Notes under the pieces: generated by a model
What the model was told of the DNA's origin: nothing
Seen by the model: only the letters and a program-made list of their open reading frames with translations
The model's database searches: none
Shown here: in pieces, positions 23,147 to 35,594 of the stretch
Numbering within the stretch: the stretch's first letter is position 1
Layout of the letters: each line of letters begins with the position of its first letter
Program-made: the position numbers and the translations under genes
Source: Tetramitus jugosus
Lineage: Eukaryota; Protista; Heterolobosea
Length of the DNA stretch: 64,000 nt
Reading direction: 5' to 3'
Assembly (NCBI GenBank): GCA_937625935.1
Contig: OW569379.1
Coordinates: 1-64,000, forward strand

Positions 23147-24870
23147 TTAGTTCGTTTTCTTTGCTTGTTGTCTCTTGCGTTTGAATTTTGGTTCTGCAAT
23201 CAACAAGATTGGATAAATGACTGCTGCAAGAATTGGAATGCATGCATAGGTCTCTCTGTAGAAAAAGACAGTCTCTTTGACGCTCAATAAAATGAAAGAG
23301 GCGCCAATATAGTTCATACCACCGACTGTGGCGATCCAGCCCACAATATTGTAGAGCATGACATCTGGACGCTTCAACAAAGCCCAGCCGTGAATACCAT
23401 TCTTATACTCCTCTTCAGTTCTAAAGAAGAGAGGCCTCATAACATTTCTGGCCTTTCTTCCAGCGTCGACACCGACACCAGCAATCAAGAAGAAAATGTA
23501 GTACCCAGGATAAAATCCATGCCATGCAGCACTAGCCATGAAACTCTCAAACACTTGTCTAGTGGATGGTGCTTGACCTCGCTTCTTGTTTCTCAAGTAG
23601 GCATAATTCTTGAGCCACAAGTGAACAGAGATATTCCAGCTGCTTGCTAGCCAGTAAGGTGAGGTAGCAAACTCAAAACCGAAGAGACTTACTTGCTTAA
23701 TGTTGTTCCATTGACCGTTCTTTGGATTATAACCAAAGCCAGTGAGCAAACATGCACCCTGGGCAATGAACCAAACAAGATAATATCTAAATCGGAACAG
23801 TGTGACCATCACCTGAATAAATATCATCTTCTGAACGAATGACATTGCAGAGAAGGTGCCTTGTTCGTTAATAATCAGCTCTCTTGGATACTTGTCAATT
23901 TGTGCAAAGAATGCAAAGGCGAAAAATATCATGATAAAGTTGAAAACGACAGCAACGATATTGGGTCTCACTTCAACCTTGTCCTTGGTTTCCGAAACAT
24001 GATAATCACTCAAAAAGTCATCATAATACTTGTAATCAAATGTTGGACCTGCGAGGAGAGCTGGGAAATAGAAATTGAATGAAAAATAGGAGATGAGATC
24101 TGGAAAATGCTCAACTGCCTTCTCTGCTACAGTAGGATCCAATTGATCTCTATGATCCCAATCAGCATAATTGAATGCAATCGAAACAATTCTCAGTGTC
24201 ATCATCATGAGCATGGCACTGTAATCGACTTGAACACCAGCATAATCCGTAGTCATACGAATCAAGTGACTGTTTCACATTTTTGATCACATCAGCAGCA
24301 TTTGCGACAGCGAGAGAAAGAAAAAAATGTGAATTCTTTCTCTTCTAACAAGAAAAGCAACAACGCAAATAACAATGACAATCATATCACACACACACAA
24401 ATAACAACAACAACAACAACATACGTCAAGCTCAAGTAGCCCCATGCCCAGAGAAACACAAATCTACTTGCTCCTCTGCCTCCAATCTTCATCAACAACC
24501 AACTGACAAAAGCAGAAACGACACCATGCCATCCATTATAACCAAACACAAAAAAGCAAATAAAGAGACCGACACTGGCCATGTAGAGCTCCTTGATCTT
24601 CTTTGGCACATGCTTTGAATTGTTAAACATTGTTAATCGATAGATGAGACCCAATGGATAAGTGGAGAACAAGAGCAATACAAATAGAACTTGATCTTGT
24701 TTCAGTCCAATGGAAGATCCCAGTGCGTACAATGGTTGATACACGGGTTGAAACAATTGATGCAATGGTTCACCGATTGGCATCATGAGTGATTTGAACA
24801 TGTAACCACTTTTGACAAATGGTTGCAGCGGAAGAACAAACTGTGAAATGATTGTGTCGTCGATGCTCAT
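23147..24870 (-). CDS. MBOAT lysophospholipid acyltransferase (ALE1/LPCAT-like). 2 exons, intron 24270-24424
   Basis: YFPALLAGP, RYYLVW, WNISVHLWLKNYAY and SAAWHGFYPGYY motifs. The splice restores YLSLTHLIRM. Confidence 0.93.
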
Positions 24871-25310
24871 TTTTCGTCCTTGTGTGACCAGCAGCGGATT
24901 TTGTTTTGTTTTTTCAGCGCCAATGTTTTTGGGATGGCGCAATGATCGGAAGAACCTAAAGTTCGCTCCGACAGTCCGTTTGAATACAACCATCTCCGTT
25001 GGTCTTTCAACTTCTTGTGTGCATTGGTGGTGGGATAATTCATTCACAATGCTGATAACTACCTTGAGTTGTACAGTTGGGTATCTCCAACGGTACATAC
25101 GCCAGTCGCTTTCAACCAACTCGTTCGTTGGTCTTTGAGCGAAATATAGCCAGAGATACCACACAATTCATTGAATTGTTTTCCATTGTATGGAGTGGAA
25201 ACTTTTTCAAGGAATGATCAATGGAAGTGTCGAACAAGCGCCTGGCGTTAAAATTGTGAAAAAAAATCAACTGAATTCAAGAGAAAAAGCAAAGCACTCA
25301 AACAACACAT

Positions 25311-26630
25311 ATGATCAAACCTCCATCTTCTTCCACAACAACCACAACAAGCAATCTTAAACAAACGCCAATGAACAAGAGACCCACCACATCCACCACC
25401 ACAACTTCACCTCACTCCTTCCCATCCACCTCCACCCACAACCACTATTCTCACACGACGAGTGATCACGAAACGAACAACAATGATCACAACAATCACA
25501 TGAACAACAATACCGATCGGAACCTCTCCTCTGTCATTTCAAAACAAACACCTCACACACCCAACACCACCAAAACGGCCATCAAGAAACAATCATCATC
25601 AGTAGGAGGAGAAGGAGGAGAAGAATTAGAAACCACAAATAATGTTGATGTTGATGATGACGATCAACAACGAACACCCACTCTCAGCAGAAAAAGCATT
25701 TCTAGAAGAAAAAGAACAAAAACTCCAGTCACAAGCAGTAACAGCAATACTCCAGCACTCAAAAAACAAAAAATAGAAAATGGTAGTAACAATAACAATC
25801 ATAGTAATAGTAGTAATAGTAATAAGGTAATAGCTGCTGAGAAACACTATGTCAATGCCACTCAATTTTTTCAATCACAAGACTATGAATCAGCACTGGA
25901 AGAGTACAAGGCATGTGTTGCCATACAGTCGAATCATGTAGATGGATGGAATGACTTGGGATTGACTCATTTGAGAATGGATCAGTATGAACAAGCGATT
26001 GAATGCTTTAAAAAAGTGTTGAGTTTGGATGAGAAGAATGCGAGAGCTTGGTTCAATATTGGCACAGTGCATCAAGAGAAGAATCACATGAAAAAATCGA
26101 TTGCGTGCTTCAAGAAGGCGATTCAAGTCGATAAATCATTTATTGATGCGTATGTGTCGTTGGGCGATCTGTATGATTCGATTGAAAAGTATGCATCAGC
26201 GAAAAAATATTGTAAAATTGCGTTACAATTGGATGGTGAGCACGTGGGCGCACATTTGAATTTGGGAGTAACGTATCATAATTTGAAACAGTACAAGAAT
26301 GCGATTAGGCAGTACATGACTGTGATTGAGTTGGCTGAAACGACATCTACAGAGTATGCTCAGGCTTGGATCAATGCTGGAGAAACGTTTATGAACATGG
26401 GCAAGTACATGGAAGCGATTCATTACATTTCTAGGGCGATTACGATGAAGATGGTGGAAGATGAAGCATATGACAGTTTGGCCACAGTGTTTGAAGAGAT
26501 GAATCTATTGGATTCAGCCTTGTATTTCTATGAGAAGGCTCTTGCGATCAATCCTGAACATTCACATGCCACGGAACGCAAGGAACAATTGACGAAGCAG
26601 CAGTCAGAAAAAACTGCTGGCAGTAGTTAG
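25311..26630 (+). CDS. TPR-repeat protein with low-complexity N-terminus
   Basis: Consecutive 34-aa TPR units (WNDLG...AIECFKKVL..D; AWFNIG...). Basic NLS-like motifs in the N-terminal part. Confidence 0.88.
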   Translation: MIKPPSSSTTTTTSNLKQTPMNKRPTTSTTTTSPHSFPSTSTHNHYSHTTSDHETNNNDHNNHMNNNTDRNLSSVISKQTPHTPNTTKTAIKKQSSSVGGEGGEELETTNNVDVDDDDQQRTPTLSRKSISRRKRTKTPVTSSNSNTPALKKQKIENGSNNNNHSNSSNSNKVIAAEKHYVNATQFFQSQDYESALEEYKACVAIQSNHVDGWNDLGLTHLRMDQYEQAIECFKKVLSLDEKNARAWFNIGTVHQEKNHMKKSIACFKKAIQVDKSFIDAYVSLGDLYDSIEKYASAKKYCKIALQLDGEHVGAHLNLGVTYHNLKQYKNAIRQYMTVIELAETTSTEYAQAWINAGETFMNMGKYMEAIHYISRAITMKMVEDEAYDSLATVFEEMNLLDSALYFYEKALAINPEHSHATERKEQLTKQQSEKTAGSS

Positions 26631-26991
26631 CGAAGATTGTTTTGAATTGGCAAGTAACTTTAGTACTTGAATACAATTGATAACTTTTTTTTATGGTCTG
26701 TGACAAAAATGATCAAAAATGGGAAGTTACACTCGACCACACAACACCCACATGTCATTCACTCTCTTACACATAAACCAGATGTGTTCTTCTTCTGCCG
26801 CACTGTACCTCCTCGGAGGCACACAATGATGAGAGGCAAAACAGCATCCTCACACACAGATATACACAGATACTTATCAGTCGCGGTTTATCAAAATGAT
26901 AAGGATCCTTCTCCGCCTCCTCATGATTGGAAACTACTTTGTCTTTGGGGAATCTTTTGAAGAGTTATATAAGAAACAAACAAAAAACTCT

Positions 26992-28403
26992 TTAGAACCA
27001 TTCCTTCTTGAATGATGCAGTAATGGTTGGATCCTTGAAGGGACATTCTGGATCAGGTGTGAACTTTGCATCTTCACCATGCTTGAAATGTCTCAACCAG
27101 AACGCTCTGTCAAAACTCTTGAGCAACATCCATTCCATGGGATAATTCTCCTGGAACAATGGCTCCTTTGCGATCAACTCCTTGACAAAATCGTCCAATT
27201 CTTGATGAGTATTGAACCGTTTCTTGCTCTCCTTGATCTCCAGATTGACTCTCATTTCGTTCGTAATTGGAAAATCGAGTTCACACTGGCCCTTGGATCT
27301 CAAATTGTTCAAATATTCACCCAACGGTCCTTCAAAGTTCAATGGCACGCCCAACGACTTGCACAAATCATCGACAAACTGTTGACAATTGGCACTCTTT
27401 TGATTGTACGTACGATTCGTATTCCAATCAATAATCACCTGAGACACTTTTTCGATTGTGTCATTGATTTCGAATTCGATGCCTCCAAAGTCCAAATCAG
27501 CAGCCAACATGGCAGCACTGCTGTAGCACTTTCTAGGGATGCACAATGAGGAATTGTTCCATTCCAAGTACCACGGTCCAACCACCAACGCACTATGGAA
27601 CATGCCAAACTGTTGTTGATGATCAATTTTGGTAAGAATCGGACTGAGCATTTTTCGCAGTGCTTTTTGTGCGTCGCTCTTGCAAATTTCGGCCACGACG
27701 AGCTTGACCTTGACCGTTTGTTTACTGCTGAGTTTCATGCATGGTTGATCATTTTCCTGTCGAATCTCGTCCAGATTAAAATCAATGTCATTGAAAGCTT
27801 CGTCGTCCTCTGGGTCGTACACTCCGTCTTTGCTGTTGGGGAATTGGGCAACAGACTCGGATGTCGATGAGAAGACAGAGGTGTTGGTAGACTTTTGTTG
27901 TGCATGGATCATTTTGGCTTGAGCTTCATCCAATTTTTTAAACTATTGGTATATCGATATCGTTTGAGTGAGTGGGTTAGCTTGTGCAAACATGATGTTT
28001 TTTTGTTGTCGCTTTTGTATTTTTCCATTTTTATCTTTACAAAAAATGAAATAAAAAACACAAGGCGAAATTGTGTGCACACACACACAAAAGCAAAACT
28101 GCACATGATAGTAGAATAGGGGAACACACATACGGCTTCGACTGTGCTAGCAAATTCAGGATTCAAGTACCACTCTACCAAATCCTCCTTGAGGCACAAT
28201 GAACGAGCCCATTCCAACAATTCATCACTAGGCATAGCAGAAGCTTGCTTGTTGCTTTTTTTCAATTTGTTTACAATGGCCTCTTCTGGATTCATGTTCA
28301 AGCTGTCAACACTGGACATGTTGTTTTTGGACCGCGATTGTGGAGGTGAAGCCGTCTCTTCATTCTTTGACATGAGAGACAATTTGTTGAGAAGTTTCTT
28401 CAT
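26992..28403 (-). CDS. PPPDE/permuted papain-fold (NlpC/P60-like) peptidase-domain protein. 2 exons, intron 27943-28133
   Basis: GMFHSALVVG...EW and YNQKSANCQQFVDDL give the His-before-Cys dyad. The GTATGT..AATAG splice is in frame (EA|FKKLDE). Confidence 0.78.
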
Positions 28404-28656
28404 TTTTTTTCAATCTTTTCAGTTAACGCTGCTGGTGTTTGTTGTTGAGGTGGTGTGGAGGTTTTTTTTTTGTCGAGTTTGTGGGTCAAAGTTTCCGTTC
28501 CAAAAGATATTGTCTCTGCGGCGGAGTTTGGAGAGTTGTGCGCAAAACAGAACTTTTATTTTGACGTCTTGTGTTTTACAATGACATTCGATTGACCGAC
28601 AGAACAATGTCTCAAGAACAATACCTATCTGATTTTACACGCAATGAAACGACGTT

Positions 28657-29842
28657 TTATTCTCCGTAAGCGTCACTCAAAAACTTCTTGTAGATGGACA
28701 TGAACTTGGCAGTGAATGCTTCCAGATGGAAGATGGCTCTGCTGCCAGATTTGAGACGATGCTCGTAAAAGGCCGCCCAGTATACAATCTGGAACTGCAA
28801 TTGTGGATCAGCATTGTTGTATGTCAATAGCTGTTGTGTCACCTTCTTCAAAATCAACTCTGCTGGAATACAGTTCGTAATTAGTGAGTAGTACTTTTCT
28901 CTAAGCATGTAGAGCTTTGATGGCGATTGTTCTTCCATCATATCCTTGGCAATATCTTGAATAAAGCGTTCCCAATCAGCCAATTTAATGGTTTGGTCAG
29001 CTTTGAAAGGATATTGATCGACCTTTGATGCCTCCAGAGCTAATAGTGCCTTTCTCAAATTTCCATCTGCAGCCTCTGCAATTCTTTCAGCAAATGCTTT
29101 TGGCAATTGAAGATTCTCTTGCGTTGCAACACTGTGCAACACAGATAAAACATCTTCTTGAGAGGGAGCGGGCACACGAATACATAGACATCTACTCCGA
29201 ACCGGGCCCAAAACTTTGCTCATTCCGTTTGCACACAATATTAATCTGCATGTTTTCATATATTTCTCCATTGTTCTTCTCAGAGCTTGTTGAGCTTCTC
29301 TGGTCAATCCATCAACTTCATTCAACACGACAACCTTAAAGTTCTTTTGATCAGAGGATTGACCGTGTTCAATAGGTGCACTAGAGGCAATCTCCTTGAT
29401 CAAATTAGAAATAACATATCGATCATAAACACCATAATCACTTGGATTCACTTCAATATGAGAAGCAGATGAGAGCAGAGTGACTGTAATGGTCTTGGAA
29501 CCTGAAGCGCCAACCTTTAGATCCTTGTTCTCCAGTTTTACTTTTTCAGCTTTGGCACCAAACAATTGTTTCAGAATAGCCATGACTCTGTGATTACACA
29601 CAAGCAGTAACCAACCAACAAACAACAATGCATTTTTGTTAAAAATTGTAAAAAACAACAATACAAGAAGGAAGGCGAAATGAACACACATACCTCGTTT
29701 TTTTGCCGGCACCTGATGGACCATATAAAAGCATGTGTGGGAAATCGCCTGACTTTACAATGTTTTTCAATTGCTTCGAAAGTGGCTTATGAATTTCCAT
29801 CCTGTCAAAGGATGTTGGTCTGTACTTGTCTACCCACAACAT
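28657..29842 (-). CDS. RFC3: Replication factor C small subunit (human RFC3 / yeast Rfc5 type). 2 exons, intron 29588-29693
   Basis: MLWVDKYRP, YGPSGAGKKTR, AQQALRRTMEKY, SRC and IFHLEAF motifs. Confidence 0.95.
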
Positions 29843-29923
29843 TGTCTCGATCACACTCCAATTTTTTTTATTCTTGTTTTACTTCGAAGTTTTCAACAAT
29901 TTTTTTCACCGAGCGCCGCAATC

Positions 29924-29936
29924 TTTTTGGCGCGAA
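29924..29936. promoter_or_regulatory. E2F-like site (TTTTGGCGCGAA) upstream of RFC3
   Basis: Matches the TTTSSCGC consensus about 85 bp upstream of the ATG of a DNA-replication gene. Confidence 0.4.
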
Positions 29937-30238
29937 CAGCATATGGAACCGACTGAAACTTCAAGGCTAGAACTTCAGCTATGAACTTGAGTAACTCCAG
30001 TGCTGAACCAAAAAAAACTTGGCCTCACAAAAACTCAAAAAAACAAAAACTTGATTGCACAAAACCACCAATAGCCAGTCACCACACTCACACAAGAAGA
30101 ATATTTTGTTCCGTCTCACTTTCCGAACAACAAAAAATTCACTCTGACTGACTTTCGTAGTTTTTACACATCAAAAAACACCAACAATAAGAAGAAGAAC
30201 AACAAATACATTGATATATATATTTAAATAACAACAAT

Positions 30239-32831
30239 ATGCAAAATAGTAGTGGAAGTGGTGCTAGTGGAAGTAGACTAGTGATTCCAGCGTACATTCA
30301 ACGCAGAGGAGCTCTTCCTCAAAATGATGCCTCTCAAAAAATTGGTACCATCTTGAACGCCATTGAACAAATTTATAAGGAAAATGCCAGTAATTTATCC
30401 TTTCAAATTTTGTACACGTATGTTGTTTTCTTCAAGTAGCTTTTAGCTATATAGCTATGGCATGAGTGACTGTGTTTTTTTTTATTGTTGTTGCTTGTTA
30501 ATGTTTTTTTTTATTCGTGTGTGAACAAACACATTGCAGCATGAAAGCTAACCACTGTTTTTTTTGTTTCTGATTGAAATTCAAAAAATTTGTTTTTTCT
30601 GCTGCTTGCGACTGCTGCGACGTGTCTATCATCACACAGTGGAGCTTATCAAATCGTGTTGCACAAGCATGGTGATCAACTGTATGAGAGTGTAAAGGAA
30701 ACTCTCTCTTCGTACATTAAGGGTGTCAGAGAGAAGGCAATGGGATGCTCTGATGAGAAATTTTTGTCAGAGCTATTGTATCAATGGAACAAGCACAGAA
30801 CAGCTGTAACGATGGTGAGAGATATTCTCATGTACATGGTATGATATTAGCTAATATTGGATTGGATTGATTTGCTTGTTGTTGATTTTTTTGATCATTT
30901 GATGAATTGACACATGGTCTCTTGTTTTTTTTATCATGCATGAATGAAATATATAGGATCGTAATTTTGTGCCACAAAGCAAGAAGACACCAGTGTACGA
31001 TTTGGGCATCAAACTGTTTGGACAAGAAGTGTTTCACAAGCGAGCACTAGAGAGAATTCAACTACTCATGTTGGACATTATCAGAAAGCACAGAGACGGA
31101 GAAGACATGGTGGACAAGTTCTTGTTGAAGGACCTCTGTTTCATGATGTTGGAAATTTCAAAGAAGGATGTGTATCAACCGCATTTTGAACACATGTTCC
31201 TGTTGGAGAGCAGAAAGCATTACAACAAGGAAGCTGCACTGATATTTGAGGCATTTTCTGCACCAGATTATTTGAGAAGAGTTGTCAATCGTCTCGTAGA
31301 AGAAAGAGAAAGAGCAATCATGTGTATGGATCCAGAGACGCTCTCAAAGATTGAAGATGTCGTGAAGGCCACAATGATTGAACAGTACAAGCAAAGAGTG
31401 GTCGAAAAAGAAGGCTCAGGCTGTGCTGTCATGCTGTCCGAGTGGAGACTTGATGATTTGAGACTGGTGTTCGATGTTTTGTCACTGGTGCCTGGTGCCA
31501 TTGACCCATGCGTCGATCTCGTTCTCAACTACTGTAGAACACAGGGATACGAAATTGTAAAGGACAAGGACTTGGATGAAAAGCCATTAGAAATGGTTGA
31601 AAAACTGATCAAGCTGCAAATGGATTATAGAATGTTGTTGGATCGTTCATTCTCTACCAAGACGAGCGATGGCAAGCTGATTCACTCTGAACCATTTGCC
31701 AAGGCAGTGAAAACTGCATTCGATGACATTGTCAACACGAATAGCAAACTACCAGAATATTTATCATTGCATGTCGATAGCAAGTTGAAGAAGGGTAAGA
31801 CTCAGATTGCTGAATCTGATTTTGATATCCTCTTTGATCAAGTGATTGGAATCTTTAGACACTTGAGAGAGAAGGATGTGTTTGAAACCTATTACAAGAA
31901 ACATTTGGCAAAGAGATTGCTGGGTCAACGATCTCAATCCGATGAAGCTGAAAAGTCATTCATTGCCAAGTTGAAGCAAGAGTTTGGTTATCAATTTACA
32001 TCAAAGCTTGAAGGAATGTTCAAGGATATGAGATCAAGCAGAGAAATCAATGAGAGCTACAAGAATTATCTTGATATGCACAACAAGAAGTCTGAAATTG
32101 ACATGACTATGCAGATTTTGACCACTGGTTTCTGGCCAGTGCAACAATCATTTACCATGACTGTGCCAAAGCAGTTTGAATCCTCGACCAGATACTTCAA
32201 CGAATTCTACACGGATACACACAGTGGTCGTAAGCTCACATGGCAGTATCACATGGGAAGTGCTGACGTCAGGGCTAATGGCTTTGAAAAGCCTTATGAG
32301 TTGAACGTTTCCACGATTCAAGCATGTCTCTTGGTTCTTCTGAATGAAAATGAATCACTATCGTATGGAGATTTCAGTAAGTTAACTTCAATTCCTGCCA
32401 AGGAGTTGAAACTTAACTTGTTGGCCTTGACAGTCAAGAGTGCTACACACGATAAGGTGCTGACCAAGGATGGAGACGCCAAGACGTTAGATGCAACCAC
32501 TAGATTCTCACCCAACAATGAATTCAAATCCAAGCTCATCAAGGTTAAGATTAATCCTGTCATCTTGAAGGAAAGCAAGGAGCAATCGCAACAAACTCAA
32601 GGCAAGATTGACGAAGAGAGAAGTTGGTTGCTTGATGCCACGATTGTGCGTATTATGAAGGCACGTAAGGCTTTGGAGCACAGAGACTTGGTGATAGAAA
32701 CAACGAAACAACTGCAAAGTCGTTTCATGCCAGCACCTGATGCCATCAAGAAACGTATCGAAAATTTGATAGAACGTGAGTACTTGATCAGATCTGAGGA
32801 ATCGAGAAGCAAATATCTGTATCAAGCATAA
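30239..32831 (+). CDS. CUL3: Cullin-3. 3 exons, introns 30418-30639 and 30839-30956
   Basis: AYQIVLHKHG, RDILMYMDR, KDVFETYYKKHLAKRLL, TSKLEGMFKDM, and the neddylation motif ATIVRIMKARK. Both splices are in frame. Confidence 0.93.
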
Positions 32832-32889
32832 ACAATATAAAACAATTTTTGTATATTAACGGAGGAATACAACCTCATGACTGGCTTTT

Positions 32890-34005
32890 CTACAATGAAA
32901 ACTCTGGGAACTTTTTCTTCAAGTCATCAACCTTCCACAACAAGATTCTTCCGTCCAATCCACTGGTGGTGAATTGATTCACGACACCACTTTTAGTGTC
33001 GTAGGGTAGAATGCAGTTGATTGTGTTGGTGTGTCTGGTTTTGAGCGCAGCTGATCCAACACCTGCATTTTGAGAACCTACTCTGGCATGGGCTTGGAAC
33101 ATTGCGAAAGCGTCCCTCACACTGGAGCTCGACTGATTGGTCTGTGCTTTACCTTCGTCAGCCTTACCCAACAATGTCCATTTATCTCCCTTCTTACAAA
33201 ATACAACAGGTGTGTAGTCATATCCAACAGCAACATACGCATTGTCTGATAGGAACAACCCTGACACAAAAGGCAAATCTGGAGATTTGACATTTTGTAC
33301 TTGGCCATTGGATATGAACGAGACGGTGCTATCATGGCTCAGGAAGGTCAATGTATTCCCGGTTGGACTGAATTTTACATCATGAACCCATCCCTTGGAC
33401 GGATACTCACTAACTATCTCTCCAAAGTGTTTCTTTGGTGGTTCATCAATCTTCTTGATCCATGCGTTGAACACACGACACTTATCATCACTGGAAGCAG
33501 TGGCAAGAATGCTATTGTTCTGTGGATGCCATGCAATACCTAAAACAGTACTCTCGTGCTTCTTGATCGTCTTACTTACCCACCAGTTATTGTCTTGCTC
33601 AAAGTAGCAAATCCCAACAACTTGATCACCGCTACCCACAGCAAACTTGTTTTCTTTTGGACTCCATTTACAGCATGTTGCAGCTCTATTGAATCTCAAG
33701 AGCACGAGGTTTGGTTTCCATTCATTTTCTTTGGCATCAAACGACCAAACATAGGCATTTCGATCATGAGAGCACGAGATGATTCGATTGGTGTTGGGTG
33801 CCCAATCGATTGCGGTGATATGATGATCGTGCTCCTTCAACGTGTGAACAGTTGTCCATTTGGAGTAGTCTTCTGGGTGACCATTGGTGGCATAAATCTC
33901 AATGATATTGCTGTTGGGACACACAGCAATCAGTGTTCTGTCCTTGTTCCAAGCATGGCAAGTGATGGTTCTTTCAAGAACAGGTGAGTTGGACTTGTTG
34001 TTCAT
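32890..34005 (-). CDS. ARPC1: Arp2/3 complex subunit 1 (p41-Arc, WD40)
   Basis: ITCHAWNKDR, IDWAPNTNRIISCSHDRNAYVW, WKPNLVLLRFNRAAT, WSPKENKFAVGSG, NNWWVSK motifs. Confidence 0.96.
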   Translation of the reverse strand: MNNKSNSPVLERTITCHAWNKDRTLIAVCPNSNIIEIYATNGHPEDYSKWTTVHTLKEHDHHITAIDWAPNTNRIISCSHDRNAYVWSFDAKENEWKPNLVLLRFNRAATCCKWSPKENKFAVGSGDQVVGICYFEQDNNWWVSKTIKKHESTVLGIAWHPQNNSILATASSDDKCRVFNAWIKKIDEPPKKHFGEIVSEYPSKGWVHDVKFSPTGNTLTFLSHDSTVSFISNGQVQNVKSPDLPFVSGLFLSDNAYVAVGYDYTPVVFCKKGDKWTLLGKADEGKAQTNQSSSSVRDAFAMFQAHARVGSQNAGVGSAALKTRHTNTINCILPYDTKSGVVNQFTTSGLDGRILLWKVDDLKKKFPEFSL

Positions 34006-34174
34006 GTTTCGTGTGTTGGGTTTGGATTGAATTTACACCAAATCTGATCACTCTTTATTTCGATGCTCGTTTCGAATGACGATGACAAAGCAAACTCACT
34101 CGAGATAGAATTGTAAATCTTTCTCCGGTTTTTGATCGATTGTAAACTGAATTGTCCGTCCAGAAGCTTGGCGC

Positions 34175-35251
34175 CTAGGCAAAATGAACACCAACGGAAT
34201 TGAACTTGGCGAGTAGCTTCAAAACATCATCAGCATCCATCTTTCCAGCTCTCAAACTGCCAAAGTATCCCTCATCTTCCTCCATAATATTCCTAATGAG
34301 TTGCTTGAGACGTAGCTTGTCATTGTTAGCCTCAGAGTCACCAGACATGTTGTTATCGTCCTCATCGTCATCACTATCGCTATCACTGTCCACTGCGACC
34401 ACAGTTGTCGCTTTTTTGCTAGTTGCCGATGACGATGACGATGCTGCAGGGGCATTACTATTCGTCGAAAGCGACTCCAACTTTTTGTAATTCTCCACCA
34501 ACATGCTCAAAACCTTCTTGTTATTGAACAGTGCACTCAAAGTCTTATTCTTTCTCTGGAACAAGATACGTGCGAGACCGTCCCATTCTGGAAAATTGAT
34601 ATTTGGCTTTGGATTCTTTGGTTCCAGACGAATGATTGCACTTTCGACCTTTGGTGGAGGACGAAACGAATTTTTCGACACCTTCATCACGTGATCCACA
34701 CGCGCCAACAATTGACAATTCAATGCCAATCGTCCCCAATCGGGCGTACCTGGTCTCGCCCACATACGATCCGCAAACTCCTTCTGATACATGAGATAGG
34801 CCACTCGAAACGTTGGTTCATGAGACAAGAGCTTGAACGTAATGGGAGACGAAATGGCATAGGGAAGATTAGCAATGCACAAATCAAAAAAGGGGAACGG
34901 TGTCTTGAGTGCATCCCCATGTATCACTTCCAACTTGTTGGCCAGTGGTGTGCCTTGAACACGCTTCTTTAGTTCAGTCACCATTCGCTCATCCACTTCA
35001 ACGGCAATCACTTTTTTGGCCACTTCCAACATTTTTACAGTCATGTTGCCCGTACCTGGTCCAATCTCTAGAATGACATCAGTGGATCGAATGTTGGCCC
35101 TTTGTAGCACAGTGTCAATGACCAATGGATTTTTGAGAATGTGTTGACCATGGTGCTTGTGAAATTGGAGACCTTGATGTTTAGAGTCTGATGATGAGTT
35201 GGAGGAGGAAGATTGTCCACCACCTCCTGTGGTGCGCTTTACTTTTGGCAT
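34175..35251 (-). CDS. DIM1: 18S rRNA dimethyladenosine transferase
   Basis: GQHILKNP, LEIGPGTGN, ANLPYAISSP and FRPPPKVES motifs. Probable ATG at 35251. Confidence 0.96.
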   Translation of the reverse strand: MPKVKRTTGGGGQSSSSNSSSDSKHQGLQFHKHHGQHILKNPLVIDTVLQRANIRSTDVILEIGPGTGNMTVKMLEVAKKVIAVEVDERMVTELKKRVQGTPLANKLEVIHGDALKTPFPFFDLCIANLPYAISSPITFKLLSHEPTFRVAYLMYQKEFADRMWARPGTPDWGRLALNCQLLARVDHVMKVSKNSFRPPPKVESAIIRLEPKNPKPNINFPEWDGLARILFQRKNKTLSALFNNKKVLSMLVENYKKLESLSTNSNAPAASSSSSATSKKATTVVAVDSDSDSDDDEDDNNMSGDSEANNDKLRLKQLIRNIMEEDEGYFGSLRAGKMDADDVLKLLAKFNSVGVHFA

Positions 35252-35594
35252 TGTGTGTTCGTTTGTTTTCTGTTCTGTTTCTGTTGCCAAAATAATTGAT
35301 GTTGTGAAAAAAAAATTATTTTGTTGAGGGTTCAATGAAATTATGGCATCATCTCATATCAAGCAGGCATTGCGCGAGAATGATATTCTTATTGTGTTTC
35401 GAGAGAGGACAAGTATTCAATGAGAACAAAGGGTGAATGAAAGCTACAATCTATTCATTCCCAATGACAATCAGAATAACTTGTCATCCAGTAATTTCCC
35501 TATCCGAACACACACTGAACTTCGCTACCCCTCCACTCAAGAACCCACAACCAAACAAACATTTTCATATCGTCAATCGAATCAGTCACAAACC

